From the human T2T-CHM13v2.0 reference genome, Homo sapiens: 64,000 nucleotides of DNA. Below, piece after piece: positions 61,868-64,000 of the stretch. The translations under genes and the position numbers were made by a program. Under the pieces are notes generated by a model. The model was not told the DNA's origin. It did not search any database and saw only the letters and a list, made by a program, of their open reading frames with translations. The first letter of the stretch is position 1. Each line of letters opens with the position of its first letter. Location of the stretch: the NCBI RefSeq assembly GCF_009914755.1, contig NC_060927.1; one strand, written 5' to 3'.

Positions 61868-62369
61868 TGTGATAATTAACTTTATGTGTCACCTTGACTG
61901 GGCTAAGGGATAGCCACATAACTAGTAAAACATTATTTCTGGAAGGGTCTGTGAGATCAGCATTTGAATCAGTGGACTGAGTAAAGAAGATTGTCCTTGC
62001 CAATGCAGGTGGGCAGCATCCATTCTACTGAAGACCTGAATAGAACAAAAAGGCAAAGAAAGGGCGAATTTCCTCTCTCTTCTGGAACTGGAACATCCAT
62101 CTTCTCTTGACCTCAGATATTGACGCACCTGTTTCTCAAGCCTTCAGACTCATACCAGGACTTACACCACTGACTTCCCTGGTTCTCAGATCTTTAGGCT
62201 TGGACTGGAACTACACCAGCAGTTTTCCTGGGCCTCCAGCTTGCAGAGAGTAGATCGTGGGACTTCTCAGCCTCCATAATTGCATAAGTTAATTCTATAA
62301 TTAATTAACTAGTTAATTTGTGCATGAGTGTGTATCCTATTAGTTGTTTATTTAGAGAACTCTAATACA
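61868..62369 (+). mobile_element. MLT2 (ERVL) solo LTR
   Basis: tgtgataattaactttatgtgtcaccttgactgggcta...gagaactctaataca; TSD ATTAT on both sides. Confidence 0.88.
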
Positions 62370-62436
62370 ATTATTATTATTAAGGAAGAATTCTGATTCT
62401 GAAAATTGTAAAACACAAACACATGTAAAGGAAAAA

Positions 62437-62762
62437 GACCAGGCATAGTGGCTCACACCTGTAATCCCAGCACTTTGGGAAGTCAAGGCAGGTGAATTGC
62501 TTGAGCCCAGGAGTTCAAGACCAACCTGGGCAACATGACAAAATCCCATCTCTATGAAAAATACAACAACAACAAAAATTAGCCAGGCATGGTGGCATGC
62601 ACCTGTAGTCCCAGCTACATGGGAAGCTGAGGTGGGAGGATTGATTGAGACTGGGTGGTTGAGGCTGCAGTGAGCCTCAACCAGGGCACCACTGCATGCC
62701 AGCCTGTACAACAGAGCAAGGCCTTGTCTCAAAAAGAAAATAAAAATAAATAAAAAAGAAAA
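62437..62762 (+). mobile_element. AluJ-like
   Basis: gcttgagcccaggagttcaagaccaacctgggcaac...; A-rich tail. Confidence 0.9.
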
Positions 62763-63735
62763 CAAAAATTAGCTATGACCTCACAACCCAGAGATAACCT
62801 TTATTAATATTTTGAAGCAATTTCTCTAGTCATTTCCTATACATTTATTTCCACATCTGTAATCAGTGCTATATATAGTTTTGACTACCTTTCCAATTAT
62901 TCCATTATGAGTATTTTTCAATGTCACCAAAAATGTCTTCAAAGTATTCTTTACAATGACTACAAAATTTCCCTTTAGATGAATATACCACAAGTCACGT
63001 ATTTATTTTAATAACTCATTATTTTCTAATCACAAAATAATTGTGTCCATTTGTAAAATTAGAAAACGTAATACATAAATCACCCATAATCTTATTGCTC
63101 AGATATAGCCACTATTAATATTTTTATATATTTCCTTTTAGTATTTTTCTATGATTAGCTATTATGTACTTAAAATAATTGAGGTCATACATTACAAGTA
63201 TTTTCCAATGTCATTAAAATGCTTTCAAAATATAATTTTTAGTGCCTGTAAAAAATTATACATGTCTGATATCACTTCCTTACTGGTAAGAATGAAACAC
63301 ATTTTTAGCCAACAAGGACAGAAAATGTCCAGAAATAGAAGGAAAAGGCCTGTATAAGGCCATGCCTCCTAAGTCAAGAGGTTCTTTAGAAAAAGAATCA
63401 GACTTGCTTGGCATACAAAAGCCGGTGGTTCCTTCTAAAACTCAGGTCACCAAATCCAAGGGAGGGTACCTGTTTGAGTCACAGCTCTTTCACTTACAAG
63501 TAACAGAAGCCCTTCCTAAGCAAGCTTAAGAAAAAAATCAACAACAGAAAAAAATTAATAGAGATAAGAAAGATAGAAAAGGAGGCAAGAGAAGAAATTT
63601 ATTAGCCGAGGTAAATAATAAGTTCCATCACTGCTGAATCCAGAGGCTCAAATGACATCTTTATGACTTTCTTATTCATTATCTCTCATCTCTGTCTATG
63701 TTGGCTTCATTCTCTCTCAATATGGACAATGTGAG

Positions 63736-64000
63736 TGATATGGTTTGGTTATGTTCTCACCCAAATCTCAACTTGAATTGTATCTCCCAGAATTCCCACC
63801 TGTTGTGGGAGGGAGCCCGGAATAGGTAATTGAATCATGGGCTCCAGTCTTTCCCATGCTTTTCTAATGATAGTGAACAAGTCTCACAAGATCTGATAGA
63901 TTTATTAAGGGTTTCCACTTTAGCTTCTTCCTCATTTTCTCTTGCCGCCACCATGTAAGAAGTGCCTTTCACCTCCCACCATGATTCTGAGGCCTCCCTA
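63736..64000 (+). mobile_element. THE1A-like LTR, truncated by the window end
   Basis: tgatatggtttgg...cccaaatctcaacttgaattgtatctcccagaattccc; highly similar to the LTRs at 56960 and 59176. Confidence 0.92.

Overview
This is primate, very likely human, genomic DNA (identified from protein sequence and Alu/THE1 content) matching the KCNAB1-SSR3 locus at 3q25. The + strand carries the last six coding exons and 3' UTR of KCNAB1 (Kv-beta-1, aldo-keto reductase fold; 11021-33401). The - strand carries the complete five-exon SSR3 gene (TRAP-gamma, 185 aa; 51744-39857) with a CpG-island promoter near 51.3-52.0 kb. The two genes converge tail-to-tail. The rest is intronic or intergenic and rich in transposons: Alus, L1, L2, MIR, Tigger3, MER5, MER33, MST/THE1 and MLT2 LTRs, and one full-length THE1A provirus. 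I found no convincing new gene or novel biological system. The most notable signals concern RNA processing: a U12-type last intron in SSR3, a GC-AG last intron in KCNAB1, an inverted Alu pair in the SSR3 3' UTR gated by alternative poly(A) signals, in-frame alternative donors at SSR3 exon 3, XBP1/CREB3-type motifs in SSR3 intron 1, and an Alu-flanked frame-closed KCNAB1 exon block. Exon coordinates were read by hand and checked for frame. Repeat subfamily calls and old-repeat boundaries come from remembered consensus sequences and are approximate.
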